This document shows, piece after piece, positions 31,332 to 40,468 of a stretch of DNA of 64,000 nt. The notes beneath the pieces were generated by a model that had not been told where the DNA came from, did no database searches, and saw only the letters and a program-made list of their open reading frames with translations. A program made the translations under genes and the position numbers. Location of the stretch: IMG/VR virus record IMGVR_UViG_2645727811_000003, positions 1 through 64,000 of that record, one strand, 5' to 3'. This stretch comes from a virus (taxonomy: Duplodnaviria; Heunggongvirae; Uroviricota; Caudoviricetes). Numbering within the stretch: the stretch's first letter is position 1; each line of letters starts with the position of its first letter.

Positions 31332-31640
31332 TCATTTCTTGATGTCACTGTTTTGGTCTTCTAAGACAGAGGAAACGCCTCCACCTCGATCAGAGGACCA
31401 AAGTTCAAAGGATTTTCCATTGGTTAATTTTACAATGATAGGAAACCAGTCATCAGGTGTTAACTCGCTCTTTTGCATTTTCTCATTTTTTTTCATTACA
31501 TTATAAACCTCTTCAAATGAATGGGAGGATACATAAGAAGGCTTATTTATAAATGCAGACTCCACGACATCATCAAAAATTTCTTTTGCTTTTTCCGTCA
31601 AAATAATTTTATCTTTTGTTAGTTTCAAAAGTTCACCCAC
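31332..31640 (-). CDS. hypothetical protein (102 aa)
   Basis: ORF track. Confidence 0.4.
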   Translation of the reverse strand: MGELLKLTKDKIILTEKAKEIFDDVVESAFINKPSYVSSHSFEEVYNVMKKNEKMQKSELTPDDWFPIIVKLTNGKSFELWSSDRGGGVSSVLEDQNSDIKK

Positions 31641-31846
31641 TTCTCCTATCTAAATATGGTAACGTTCCTTCATTTCTTCAATTTGGTAGTTGATTTTTAG
31701 CAACAAATCCTGTTCGCTTTTAAAGTCATCATCTGTTATGCCTTTACGTTTCATATGTTTTAATAAAGCGTGTTTTAATGTGTGTAGCTGTTTGTATGAA
31801 AGTTTTGTTCTAACACCACTCATCTTCCATCTTCATCCCTTTCTTA

Positions 31847-32047
31847 TTACAGTTCAATCCCATAATTCACGCCGAAATCCTCAATGTGCCCCTTCAGGAT
31901 ATCGTCTAATTGATCATAAAAGCTTTGATCATCTTCAATACCGAGAATAATTTTATCTATTTCCGCATCAGATAGAGCCATTTCTTCACCAACACTGTTT
32001 TGTAATTGAAATCTCATAAAGATTCTAAATGCTTGCCTTGGATTCAT
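31847..32047 (-). CDS. hypothetical small acidic protein (66 aa)
   Basis: ORF track. Confidence 0.35.
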   Translation of the reverse strand: MNPRQAFRIFMRFQLQNSVGEEMALSDAEIDKIILGIEDDQSFYDQLDDILKGHIEDFGVNYGIEL

Positions 32048-32089
32048 CTCAATCTCCTTGTCCTCGTTTTTTATATTTTTAATTGTCTT

Positions 32090-32290
32090 TTAGATAATCG
32101 CATATTTTGATCTGTGTGGTCTTTTATGTATGAATTCAGGAATATCAATACGCTTATTGACTTTTGATTTAGTTCTTACAAGAACACGGTTTTCAAGAAA
32201 CTGAACTTCTTCCACTTTCTGACCATGGGACTCAAAATAAAAATCAAAAATCTCTTTAAGGATCTTATCATTAAGATTGTAATTCATCAT
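32090..32290 (-). CDS. hypothetical small protein (66 aa)
   Basis: ORF track. Confidence 0.35.
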   Translation of the reverse strand: MMNYNLNDKILKEIFDFYFESHGQKVEEVQFLENRVLVRTKSKVNKRIDIPEFIHKRPHRSKYAII

Positions 32291-32465
32291 TGTCCCTCCT
32301 CTTGGAATCTATATAGTCTTTCCAGCTGCAATTCTCAAACACTTTTATATCTGCTTCCAAATGCCATTTAAACCATACTAAGTTAAACCATGCTGTTTCA
32401 AATATGTATTTGATGTAACCGATACTTTCATCCCCTCTTTGGATAAAATAATCCTTTTATCTTAG

Positions 32466-32702
32466 CTATTTATCCTTATAATCATCATGAAATTTTCTAA
32501 GAAGACTATACGCATATGATAATGATTCAACTACGTTTGTGGCAGGCTTACTGGATAGTCTTAATTCAAATTGTTCAGCTAACCAACCTAATGAATCTAT
32601 TAGATTCTCTTTTTCTGTTTTTAAATTTTTGTTTTCTTCTTTCAGCCGAATTACTTCGTCAGATAAATTATTATTAATCTCTTCCTGAGATAATGAACCC
32701 AT
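32466..32702 (-). CDS. small coiled-coil protein (78 aa)
   Basis: ORF track. Confidence 0.35.
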   Translation of the reverse strand: MGSLSQEEINNNLSDEVIRLKEENKNLKTEKENLIDSLGWLAEQFELRLSSKPATNVVESLSYAYSLLRKFHDDYKDK

Positions 32703-32716
32703 TTACATTTTTCCTC

Positions 32717-32977
32717 CTATAAACAAATCTTTTTTAGCTGATCATCTAGTTTTCTAAATAACTGCTTAACCTTATCAAGCTTTTCATCTTCAAAAATAAT
32801 GGCATCTTCTTTAAGAACTGCAGCTTTTGATAAAGGAGTGTTTGAATCATGTTGTACACTGTGAGCTATCCCGCCTTTATTTAATACATCGTAATACATA
32901 CCTATCTTATCTCTATACCAGTAGCTTGCGTCTGAACATTTCATTATCCTTAATTTCATTAACTGTTCACCTCTCAT
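32717..32977 (-). CDS. hypothetical small protein (86 aa)
   Basis: ORF track. Confidence 0.35.
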   Translation of the reverse strand: MRGEQLMKLRIMKCSDASYWYRDKIGMYYDVLNKGGIAHSVQHDSNTPLSKAAVLKEDAIIFEDEKLDKVKQLFRKLDDQLKKICL

Positions 32978-32996
32978 TTCCTTTAAAGCAGTCTTT

Positions 32997-33191
32997 TTAT
33001 TGAAAATATTTATCTGATGTGTGGGTTATTTCTTCCCCTCCTAAATAGTTTTTTATTTTATTTAAGCTATAAATGACCTTATCGAATTCATCTCTAATAT
33101 GCGGTGCATATTCAACTGATGAATCAGACATTCCTAATTCCTTTAGATTTGTGTCCAATTCTTTAAAGTAATCTTGTAACTTTAGGTTCAT
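32997..33191 (-). CDS. hypothetical small protein (64 aa)
   Basis: ORF track. Confidence 0.35.
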   Translation of the reverse strand: MNLKLQDYFKELDTNLKELGMSDSSVEYAPHIRDEFDKVIYSLNKIKNYLGGEEITHTSDKYFQ

Positions 33192-33229
33192 TGAAAACTC
33201 TCCCTATTTGTTGAATTCTTATTTAAAAG

Positions 33230-34393
33230 TTACACAACCAAAACTAACTTTTCTGAGCTGCGCGTTATTGCTGTATAGAGCCATCTGTGGTGCATGTCCC
33301 TGTCTAGGACTTCATCAATGACTACAACCTTTTCCCACTGTGATCCTTGTGATTTGTGACAAGTGATTACATATCCATAATCGAAAGAGTTATAAATTTT
33401 ATGTTCATGCGGCTGCAGCTTAAATGTATCATCAGTTAACGAGTCATTTGGAATAATAAGTTTTTCAAAATAATCGCCAGTAAAATCTGGTTGAAAATCA
33501 ATAACGGTCGAATCGTATTTAAGCTTTTCACTAACAGCATCTTCTTGATAAACTTTGCTTACATATCCAGTCATACCATTAACCAGACTTATATCATCAA
33601 GATTTTTATTCCAGTCATTCTTTAAACAGATCATCTTATCGCCTTCAAGAGGAAAGTCACTTTCATATCCTAAGAACTTTCTTATCTCAGAATTCAAATG
33701 CTTTCTTGTCCTGTTATAACCACAAATAATCTGATCTGCTTTCTCGTAAAAATGCTCTTTCATTGTTTCCCAGGTCGAATGAGTAATCACTACCGCTTCG
33801 CCATTTTTCCCATACGTGCCAGGTTCAATTTTTTGTTTAGTTCGCGCAAGCATTGACAGGTATATGATTGGATTTTCTGCAGCTTGTCGGTGAATTTCTG
33901 TCAATGTGAAATCAGGGTTATTGAACATCTGAAGAAATTCCTCATTTTTGTTTTGTGAGACTGGCGGCAATTGCCCTGTATCTCCAATAAAAAGAATCTT
34001 TACTCCAAAAGACCTCAGATCACTCATAATCTGCCCGTCTACCATTGAGGCCTCATCAACTACAATTAATTTAAGGTGTGACAGCATATCTTTTGATTTT
34101 TTCTTTACAGTTAGATCTCCAGTTTTTTTATCCACGTAGGTGTCGTAAATCAAACTGTGTATCGTGCTTGCTTTATACTTTCCTTGAGCTTTCTGTGTTA
34201 CTACCAGTGCCGCCTTTCCCGTATAACATGCAAATGCTACTTCAGAAAGCTTGATCTTCAACTTATCAATTACGTAATTAACAAGTGTGGTTTTCCCTGT
34301 CCCAGCATACCCTGCTAAGAAGTAGGGTGCTTTACCCTCCCCTTTAAACCAATCTTCAATACTTTCTACGGCTTGTTGCTGCATTGTTGACAA
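33230..34393 (-). CDS. Dda/RecD-like superfamily 1 DNA helicase
   Basis: Walker A GYAGTGKTT, Walker B LIVVDEASM, and a C-terminal UvrD_C-like block (ITCHKSQGSQW); 387 aa. Confidence 0.7.
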   Translation of the reverse strand: MSTMQQQAVESIEDWFKGEGKAPYFLAGYAGTGKTTLVNYVIDKLKIKLSEVAFACYTGKAALVVTQKAQGKYKASTIHSLIYDTYVDKKTGDLTVKKKSKDMLSHLKLIVVDEASMVDGQIMSDLRSFGVKILFIGDTGQLPPVSQNKNEEFLQMFNNPDFTLTEIHRQAAENPIIYLSMLARTKQKIEPGTYGKNGEAVVITHSTWETMKEHFYEKADQIICGYNRTRKHLNSEIRKFLGYESDFPLEGDKMICLKNDWNKNLDDISLVNGMTGYVSKVYQEDAVSEKLKYDSTVIDFQPDFTGDYFEKLIIPNDSLTDDTFKLQPHEHKIYNSFDYGYVITCHKSQGSQWEKVVVIDEVLDRDMHHRWLYTAITRSSEKLVLVV

Positions 34394-34464
34394 TGTAATT
34401 GAAGTTATAGGTATCCCTCCTTTTAATTTATATAAAATCCATCTTTTATTTACTTTTAATTTGT

Positions 34465-34689
34465 TTATTTGATCTTTTTCATAACAGCATAATGCTCAAA
34501 ACGGCTAACATACGTTCGTTTGTACTTTAACCCACTATCGACACAGTTAGTAATAACAGCCTCTTTACATCTTTTTGCAATAGGTTGGATACATTCCCAG
34601 CCAGCTGCCTCCTTTTCTCTTATTCTCTTTATTAAACCTACCTTACTGTAGTCTTTTATTTCAATTCTTGTTGGATATGCAGCGATCAT
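34465..34689 (-). CDS. hypothetical small protein (74 aa)
   Basis: ORF track. Confidence 0.35.
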   Translation of the reverse strand: MIAAYPTRIEIKDYSKVGLIKRIREKEAAGWECIQPIAKRCKEAVITNCVDSGLKYKRTYVSRFEHYAVMKKIK

Positions 34690-34690
34690 G

Positions 34691-34876
34691 TTACCCCTCT
34701 TCCTTTTCTCTAATCAATTCATTTAATATGTATACAATCTCTTGTGCATTCTCAATAACAAAGTGCAAATCACCAATGACCCTTCTGTAATCACTCTGCT
34801 TCAAATTTTTTGAGGCTCTTGTGTGTGAATCAAGTATCTTACCCATTTTTTTAAAAACAAGTTCTAATTCAATCAC
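34691..34876 (-). CDS. hypothetical small protein (61 aa)
   Basis: ORF track. Confidence 0.3.
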   Translation of the reverse strand: MIELELVFKKMGKILDSHTRASKNLKQSDYRRVIGDLHFVIENAQEIVYILNELIREKEEG

Positions 34877-34992
34877 TCCTTTTAATTTGTATTTAAATTG
34901 TATAACGCAGGAAAAGTTTAGTCAATAGGGATTTTCAAAAAGTAATAAAATTTGATTACTTTTTAACCCTATTGACTGAGACCCCGGTGGCA

Positions 34993-35187
34993 TCATCTCA
35001 CTTTGAATAGAAACTCATTGATTTCATCCCTCAATTCCACAATATCCTCAATTGGCATAATTAATTTTAAATTGTTGTTACTTGTATCACTTAGAATCAT
35101 AACGGCCGAGAACTGATTTGATGAAAGACTTTTGCTTTTTAATTTGATGTCTACGCTCTCTAGAGCAACATTTATTGAGATATCCAT
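34993..35187 (-). CDS. hypothetical small protein (64 aa)
   Basis: ORF track. Confidence 0.3.
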   Translation of the reverse strand: MDISINVALESVDIKLKSKSLSSNQFSAVMILSDTSNNNLKLIMPIEDIVELRDEINEFLFKVR

Positions 35188-35199
35188 ACTTTTTCCCTT

Positions 35200-35460
35200 T
35201 TATTTAGCCATAGCTAAGGCCAGTGGTTGGCCACATTCATCTTCTTCAGTATTCTCAATTTCATATTCCAAGTTACAGATCTCAAACTCCTCAGTTTCTC
35301 CGTCGACTTTCACAAAAACAACCTTATATGCCTCCATAAGTTTTTCAAGAATAAACTCCGCTTTATTTTTTGAATACTCAGTTGAACTTGCTGCGTTTTC
35401 AATGACTGTATCAATTTGCAAAGAACAATTGTTTAAATACTTTTGTTTTTTCATTCTCAT
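35200..35460 (-). CDS. small acidic protein (86 aa)
   Basis: ORF track. Confidence 0.4.
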   Translation of the reverse strand: MRMKKQKYLNNCSLQIDTVIENAASSTEYSKNKAEFILEKLMEAYKVVFVKVDGETEEFEICNLEYEIENTEEDECGQPLALAMAK

Positions 35461-35790
35461 TTCCCCTATATCCTATAATGAATTTAAATAAGAACGTGTG
35501 TTCTGTTTTTGTTCGTGAGTTTATTATACCTCTTTTTTCTAAGCATATCCAGAGATATTTTTATGCTCTAGATATCCCTAGTCAGAGGTTGTTCAATAAT
35601 AGCTCACTTACAAAAAGGACTTTAGACTTATTCGTTTCAATTGACTTCCGTTAACATATGCCTATATTACTACATATTATTTATCATGAGAATAGCTACT
35701 TTTGTCTTATCATGTCGAACAAACACGTATAATCCGATTTTTCCGATAATTTTTGTGTTTATTTTATTAAAAATGAAGATTTTTATTTCA

Positions 35791-35818
35791 GTAAAAAAAG
35801 CGCCCGATTCCGGACGCT
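35791..35818 (-). terminator. rho-independent terminator downstream of the YopR-like gene
   Basis: AGCGTCCGG-aatc-CGGGCGCT hairpin followed by TTTTTTT on the minus strand. Confidence 0.55.
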
Positions 35819-35821
35819 GCT

Positions 35822-36823
35822 TTAACGCATTCTAATAGTACCCTCAATCCCAAGCTCTTTCGCATAATATTTTTTAATCTCTTCTTCATTCATATATTCT
35901 TTAACCTTGTAAACCTTTTTATGAATGTCTTCATATCTTTCGCTTCTCTTTTGAATTATATTAATATAATCTTCTGTTTCTAATTTCCCTTTTTCTTTAT
36001 ACACTTTAAATCCTTCATATAAAACACCAGACCTATTTATTCTCGTTGGGTTAACATATGGATAATCAAAAAACTCTGGTGAGAAAATATATCTCATCGT
36101 GTTAATTATGACAAAAAACGAAGATCTTTCTTGATCTTTATCTGAATTGGTTCTTCGGTTTCTAATAACAAAATTATTATCAGATAATATTGTTTCTTTA
36201 TTAAACGCTTCAGAATATCCATTTTTCTTTTGATACACTGGTTCATTTGCAGCTTCAAGACAAATTTTAAGACATTCATCACTCACTTTGATATCTCTCT
36301 GCCCATGCTTATCATCAGTTACGGTTAAAATGTTGTCATTCTGTAAGGCTTTTTCAATATCTGATTTTTCAAGATTTAATATTTCACTGCATTTGAAACC
36401 TTGAACCCCTTCAAATAGCAGAATTAACATAGCTCTGTCTCTGGGATTCACTAAGGTATCTAAAATTTCTTTGAGCTCATTTAAAGTAATATAGAGCTTC
36501 TTCCCTTCATCAACGCAGTTCTTAACATCATCAATAGTTAAGTCTCTAGACAAATTTGTAGTACCTCTAGTGATATTTTGATAAATTGCCCAATCAATAT
36601 ACCTTGTGATGTGAGACCAGCAACTCATTATAGAAGAAAGTGTGGATCTATTCAACAGAGTTAAGAACTCAAGAATCTCTTTAGAATTAAAATCATAAAT
36701 ATCTTTTTTCAAATATTCTTCAAGTTCTGCACCTTTTCGGAATATTGATAATAACTGGGGCTGCTCTTCCTTTTTGACTTGTTCTATAAACTTTTTCTTT
36801 ACCGTATCATTATACAGTTCCAT
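35822..36823 (-). CDS. YopR-like tyrosine-recombinase-fold protein (candidate lysogeny master repressor)
   Basis: 333 aa, integrase-like RDRAMLILLFEGVQG box. Position and size match SPbeta yopR, which sits three genes below the arbitrium locus. Confidence 0.45.
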   Translation of the reverse strand: MELYNDTVKKKFIEQVKKEEQPQLLSIFRKGAELEEYLKKDIYDFNSKEILEFLTLLNRSTLSSIMSCWSHITRYIDWAIYQNITRGTTNLSRDLTIDDVKNCVDEGKKLYITLNELKEILDTLVNPRDRAMLILLFEGVQGFKCSEILNLEKSDIEKALQNDNILTVTDDKHGQRDIKVSDECLKICLEAANEPVYQKKNGYSEAFNKETILSDNNFVIRNRRTNSDKDQERSSFFVIINTMRYIFSPEFFDYPYVNPTRINRSGVLYEGFKVYKEKGKLETEDYINIIQKRSERYEDIHKKVYKVKEYMNEEEIKKYYAKELGIEGTIRMR

Positions 36824-36826
36824 TAT

Positions 36827-38203
36827 TTACACCTCTGTTGTCAACCGACTAAAAAATTCGAACGTATCTTTAATTGCATTATTATTTAGTTTTGTATCCT
36901 CGCTTACTAATTTAAGCTTTCGCCACAGTTTGTTATCCAAGGAAAAATCTAAGTTAGATAGCACATCCTCCACATCATCTGCAGATTTTGATTCTAACTT
37001 CATTTTAATCCCCAATGCTAAAACTCCTAAAATGACTGGAGAAGTTGTTATAGCACTTTTACTTTCCCCAAAGGAATGGTTTGTAAAATCATCTATATAC
37101 GAATTAAAAACCGTATTAAATACGTCCGTCAAATACATGCCAAGCTTTCTTGCTTCGGCTAAATTTTCAACTGTATAGTCAAATGTATTCAAAGCCCTTT
37201 TTAGTCCTTTGAGACATCTTTCGAAAGTGGTGATATAAGGCTCTCCCTTGCGTATGCTGTCCTCATTCACTTTAATTAATTCTCCGATGTCACTGTTGTC
37301 TTTAATAAAGTTAATGACAACAGAAAGATAATCGTTCTCACTCATTTCCGCGATCTTTGATTTGGCCACCGGGTTAATGGTATTTTGTTGTCCGAAGTGT
37401 TTTCTTGCTTTTTTCATTGTGTAGTTATACAAATCAACTTTCAAATAAAAATCTTTGATATTTGGATTTCTTCTGAAAGCTCTACTTATACCAGTCAGTC
37501 TGTGCCAACCATCAATTACGTCCAAACGAGTGCCTTTAGTAACAGTTATTTTTCTTTCTTCCTCATCGAATAAAAGCTCGATTCCTTCTTCTGAGCTCCC
37601 TAATAGTGCGTTAAATGTCAATACTGACTTTATCAAGTCGTTCTTTTCTGTTAATTGCGCTATAGCTTCGACTGAAGACTCAACCAACTCAGGAACGGGT
37701 ATTTCATCATCTACTTCTTTTAAATGAATTGTCCTGTCAGTTCGTTGAGCCTTTGGATTGTAGCGAAGCAATTGTGATTCATAAAGCTTAAATAATTCGC
37801 TCGCTTTCACCTTAAAGAAATAATTGTCTGAAGCAATCTTTGTAACATCTGTAAATGTGTACGGGAACGATACTTCATCCGTTTTGTAGCCTTCCCAGTT
37901 AAGTTCTATATCCTTTATTCTGTTCGGTGGGAAATAGTTTTCAGGAGAAATTCTTTCCTCTTTAGTGATCCTGTGTAGGTTTTTCGCGAGAAAATATTTT
38001 TCTCCAGTCGTTAATCTTGCATGTGGACTGCTAAGCTTATTGAAAAGTTCTTGCGCTTTCCCTGGAGGAAATTTGTCCTTCATCATAGCTTGTCTATATG
38101 CTGTCATTAATTTATTATCATGTTGTATTTTTAATTTAGTCTCAATTAATTCTTCCATCAACTTTTTATCTGCTTCCATATCAAAAATCACAGGAGATTC
38201 CAT
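36827..38203 (-). CDS. YopQ-like protein with a DGWHR (DGQHR/DndB-like) motif
   Basis: 458 aa; the LDVIDGWHRLTGISRAF motif resembles the DGQHR domain of DndB-type DNA-binding proteins. Confidence 0.4.
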   Translation of the reverse strand: MESPVIFDMEADKKLMEELIETKLKIQHDNKLMTAYRQAMMKDKFPPGKAQELFNKLSSPHARLTTGEKYFLAKNLHRITKEERISPENYFPPNRIKDIELNWEGYKTDEVSFPYTFTDVTKIASDNYFFKVKASELFKLYESQLLRYNPKAQRTDRTIHLKEVDDEIPVPELVESSVEAIAQLTEKNDLIKSVLTFNALLGSSEEGIELLFDEEERKITVTKGTRLDVIDGWHRLTGISRAFRRNPNIKDFYLKVDLYNYTMKKARKHFGQQNTINPVAKSKIAEMSENDYLSVVINFIKDNSDIGELIKVNEDSIRKGEPYITTFERCLKGLKRALNTFDYTVENLAEARKLGMYLTDVFNTVFNSYIDDFTNHSFGESKSAITTSPVILGVLALGIKMKLESKSADDVEDVLSNLDFSLDNKLWRKLKLVSEDTKLNNNAIKDTFEFFSRLTTEV

Positions 38204-38270
38204 GATATCACCTCACCTAATACTATGTTAAATGTAGCAGATCACCTCACTTTAATCAAGGTTATAGGAA

Positions 38271-39365
38271 TTAACGATTGAAAAACTGTAAAGCCTTTCT
38301 TAATGTTTGTTTATCACATTGTTCAAAAAAATCTAAGAACTCTTCTTTAGTAACTTGCTGTAGAATAGATATGTCTAATTCTTCATCCATTATTATCCCC
38401 GCCGTTTGGGAGATGTCTGTTTCGCTGTTCAAGTATCTCAAGGTTGTATCAAAGTTACTATGATTACCTTGTTTCATGGCTGCTCTATAATCATTTCCTG
38501 TGGCTTCGAATACTTCCGTTATCCCTACTCCTTTAAATGAGTGAGGAGATATCCCGCTTTCTTCTGGAATGCCCAGACTTTTTAATGAGCGTTTGAGAGA
38601 AGCTCTAAATGCATCTTCAGTAAGTCCCTCGAATACCCTATCTGTGTCTTTTGTGTTATCACTTCTTAATTCAAGCAACTGGTCATAAAACACTCTGTGA
38701 ATTCCTGTAGTGCACAGCTTTGCCCCTTTATCAATGACAGTGACTCTAAACCAATCTGGGTTCTCATTAGATACTTCAATATCACACCATCTAACGTCAA
38801 GAGCCGCGGATATTCTAAAAGAACTTCTCAAAAGGAAGTACCCAAATAATTTTTTCAGAAGTGGTTTCTGTTTTTCATAAATGAACATGTTGTCACAAAT
38901 CATTTCTGCTTGGATCTGTGAAGTATTGGCTCTTGTCCTTCTTATTTCTTTGCTCCTTTTAACGTTATAAAAAGGATCATCTTCAACATAGTCAGGATAA
39001 AGCCTTTTCAGTTCACCATGTAATGATTTAAGTGCTGCGATCTTTCGATTGATAGTTGTGTTAGCTGCACCTTTGTTATGCTCAAGATAATGTTTAAATG
39101 CCAAAACATCTGACCTTTTAAAAGACAGATGTTCTTCTTTTAAAAATTCAATTTCAGTCTTACAGTAAAACCAAAAAAACTGCTTAATGTCGCTTAAATA
39201 GTTAACTGCTGTATTAGAGTGCAATCCGTATTTCGATTTTTTCTTCTTGTTTTTGTTATACCCCTTAATGTTTCCAGCTGAGCTATCTGTGTCTTTTTCC
39301 TTTAGAAAAGCTAAAATATCATCGAACACCCTGTATTTTCTTATCGATTGAACTACAGCCCCCAA
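38271..39365 (-). CDS. YopP-like tyrosine recombinase/integrase-family protein
   Basis: 364 aa; the C-terminal catalytic-domain pattern ...HSFKGVGITEV...LRYL (His, Arg, Tyr) resembles phage integrases. Confidence 0.55.
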   Translation of the reverse strand: MGAVVQSIRKYRVFDDILAFLKEKDTDSSAGNIKGYNKNKKKKSKYGLHSNTAVNYLSDIKQFFWFYCKTEIEFLKEEHLSFKRSDVLAFKHYLEHNKGAANTTINRKIAALKSLHGELKRLYPDYVEDDPFYNVKRSKEIRRTRANTSQIQAEMICDNMFIYEKQKPLLKKLFGYFLLRSSFRISAALDVRWCDIEVSNENPDWFRVTVIDKGAKLCTTGIHRVFYDQLLELRSDNTKDTDRVFEGLTEDAFRASLKRSLKSLGIPEESGISPHSFKGVGITEVFEATGNDYRAAMKQGNHSNFDTTLRYLNSETDISQTAGIIMDEELDISILQQVTKEEFLDFFEQCDKQTLRKALQFFNR

Positions 39366-39403
39366 CTGTTTTCCCTCCTTGGTTTATATTATGAATTATG
39401 TAT

Positions 39404-39733
39404 TTATACACTTTTAATTCGTTTATTGTTATCAGAAATAAATATACTAAATTCGTTTTTTGCTTCTTCTCTAATATTAATTAGTATCTCTAAGGCAGCC
39501 ATATTCATTTCTTTCTTCTCAAACAGATCACTGCAGGTAATTTTAATTAATTTTATTGAATCATTGATCTGTTTAAAAAATTCATCTATTTGCAATTTAG
39601 CATAATAAAGATCAACAGCGCTATTTGAATGAATGATTTGTTCTCTAATATGTAACTTACCTTTTTGAAATGTGTCAATCGCGTCAATTATATAATCATC
39701 TTCTATTTTTAATTTGTTTTCAAGAATTTTCAT
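39404..39733 (-). CDS. hypothetical protein (109 aa), yopN-position
   Basis: ORF track; operon with yopP-like. Confidence 0.4.
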   Translation of the reverse strand: MKILENKLKIEDDYIIDAIDTFQKGKLHIREQIIHSNSAVDLYYAKLQIDEFFKQINDSIKLIKITCSDLFEKKEMNMAALEILINIREEAKNEFSIFISDNNKRIKSV

Positions 39734-39736
39734 TAT

Positions 39737-39940
39737 TTATTCTCCTAATTGTGCACTTAGTAGCGCCATATATCCTTTTGTAAGCTCTCTTCTAATTTTC
39801 TCTTTCTTTTCACGCATAACTTGTTTTTGTTTATTTTCAATGGCGAAAATCCACTCTTCCCCATACTTCTTCATTTTACTTTCATAAGCCAACTTGAAAT
39901 ACTCAACATTACTTTCGCTTTGTTTGCCGCACGGAATCAT
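39737..39940 (-). CDS. hypothetical protein (67 aa), yopM-position
   Basis: ORF track. Confidence 0.4.
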   Translation of the reverse strand: MIPCGKQSESNVEYFKLAYESKMKKYGEEWIFAIENKQKQVMREKKEKIRRELTKGYMALLSAQLGE

Positions 39941-40210
39941 AGGTTAACTCCTTTCTACTAAACTAATTAATAATGTTATATTCTCATTTTAATTGATGTC
40001 ATGTGCTTTGTAAACCCTTTTAGTTTATTTTTCCACGACAAATAACACATTCTTTATTATTTTTTTGAATGTGTTAACTGAACTATGAAAATTTACTGAA
40101 AAGAATAATTGCAATTTTGATAAAAAACTCTTTAAAATGGAAAAGACGCTTAACTCAAAAGAGTCAAACGTCTAATTATGTAGTGAAACTAAACTTTTAA
40201 TTGTTATGTA
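39941..40210 (-). ncRNA. AimX-like untranslated region downstream of aimP (candidate arbitrium output transcript)
   Basis: 270 nt with no ORF directly after aimP, and a weak hairpin AGACG...CGTCT plus T-run at about 40145..40180. Assigned by position only. Confidence 0.25.
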
Positions 40211-40324
40211 TTACGCCCCTACAGTAAAACCTGCAACAGAGAATCCACTGTTAACTTGAGCTGCAGCAATACCGACAGCTAAAAGAGAAACGGATACAAC
40301 AATTCCAACGAACAACTTTTTCAT
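40211..40324 (-). CDS. aimP: arbitrium signal pre-peptide AimP (37 aa, predicted mature hexapeptide GFTVGA)
   Basis: Strong RBS GAAGGAGGTG. MKKLFVGIVVSVSLLAVGIAAAQVNSGFSVAGFTVGA is a signal peptide followed by a C-terminal xxxxGA hexapeptide, 144 nt downstream of aimR. Confidence 0.75.
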   Translation of the reverse strand: MKKLFVGIVVSVSLLAVGIAAAQVNSGFSVAGFTVGA

Positions 40325-40468
40325 ATTCTTCACCTCCTTTCAATGCAGTCTAGAATCAAATTGATATTATCTCTAAAATTTGTTTTTCAACACCTAACTT
40401 TTCGAGTTCAATTATTGGAAGGGTGCAGGAAAACTTATCACCACTTAATTTAAAATATTTGACTGATT

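Noticed and set aside
35822-39365. Calling the two tyrosine-recombinase-like genes the prophage integrase plus attachment site
   Set aside because: No att-like repeats or tRNA target are nearby, and one copy lacks a convincing catalytic box. The position next to aimR/aimP matches the SPbeta yopP/yopR regulatory genes instead.
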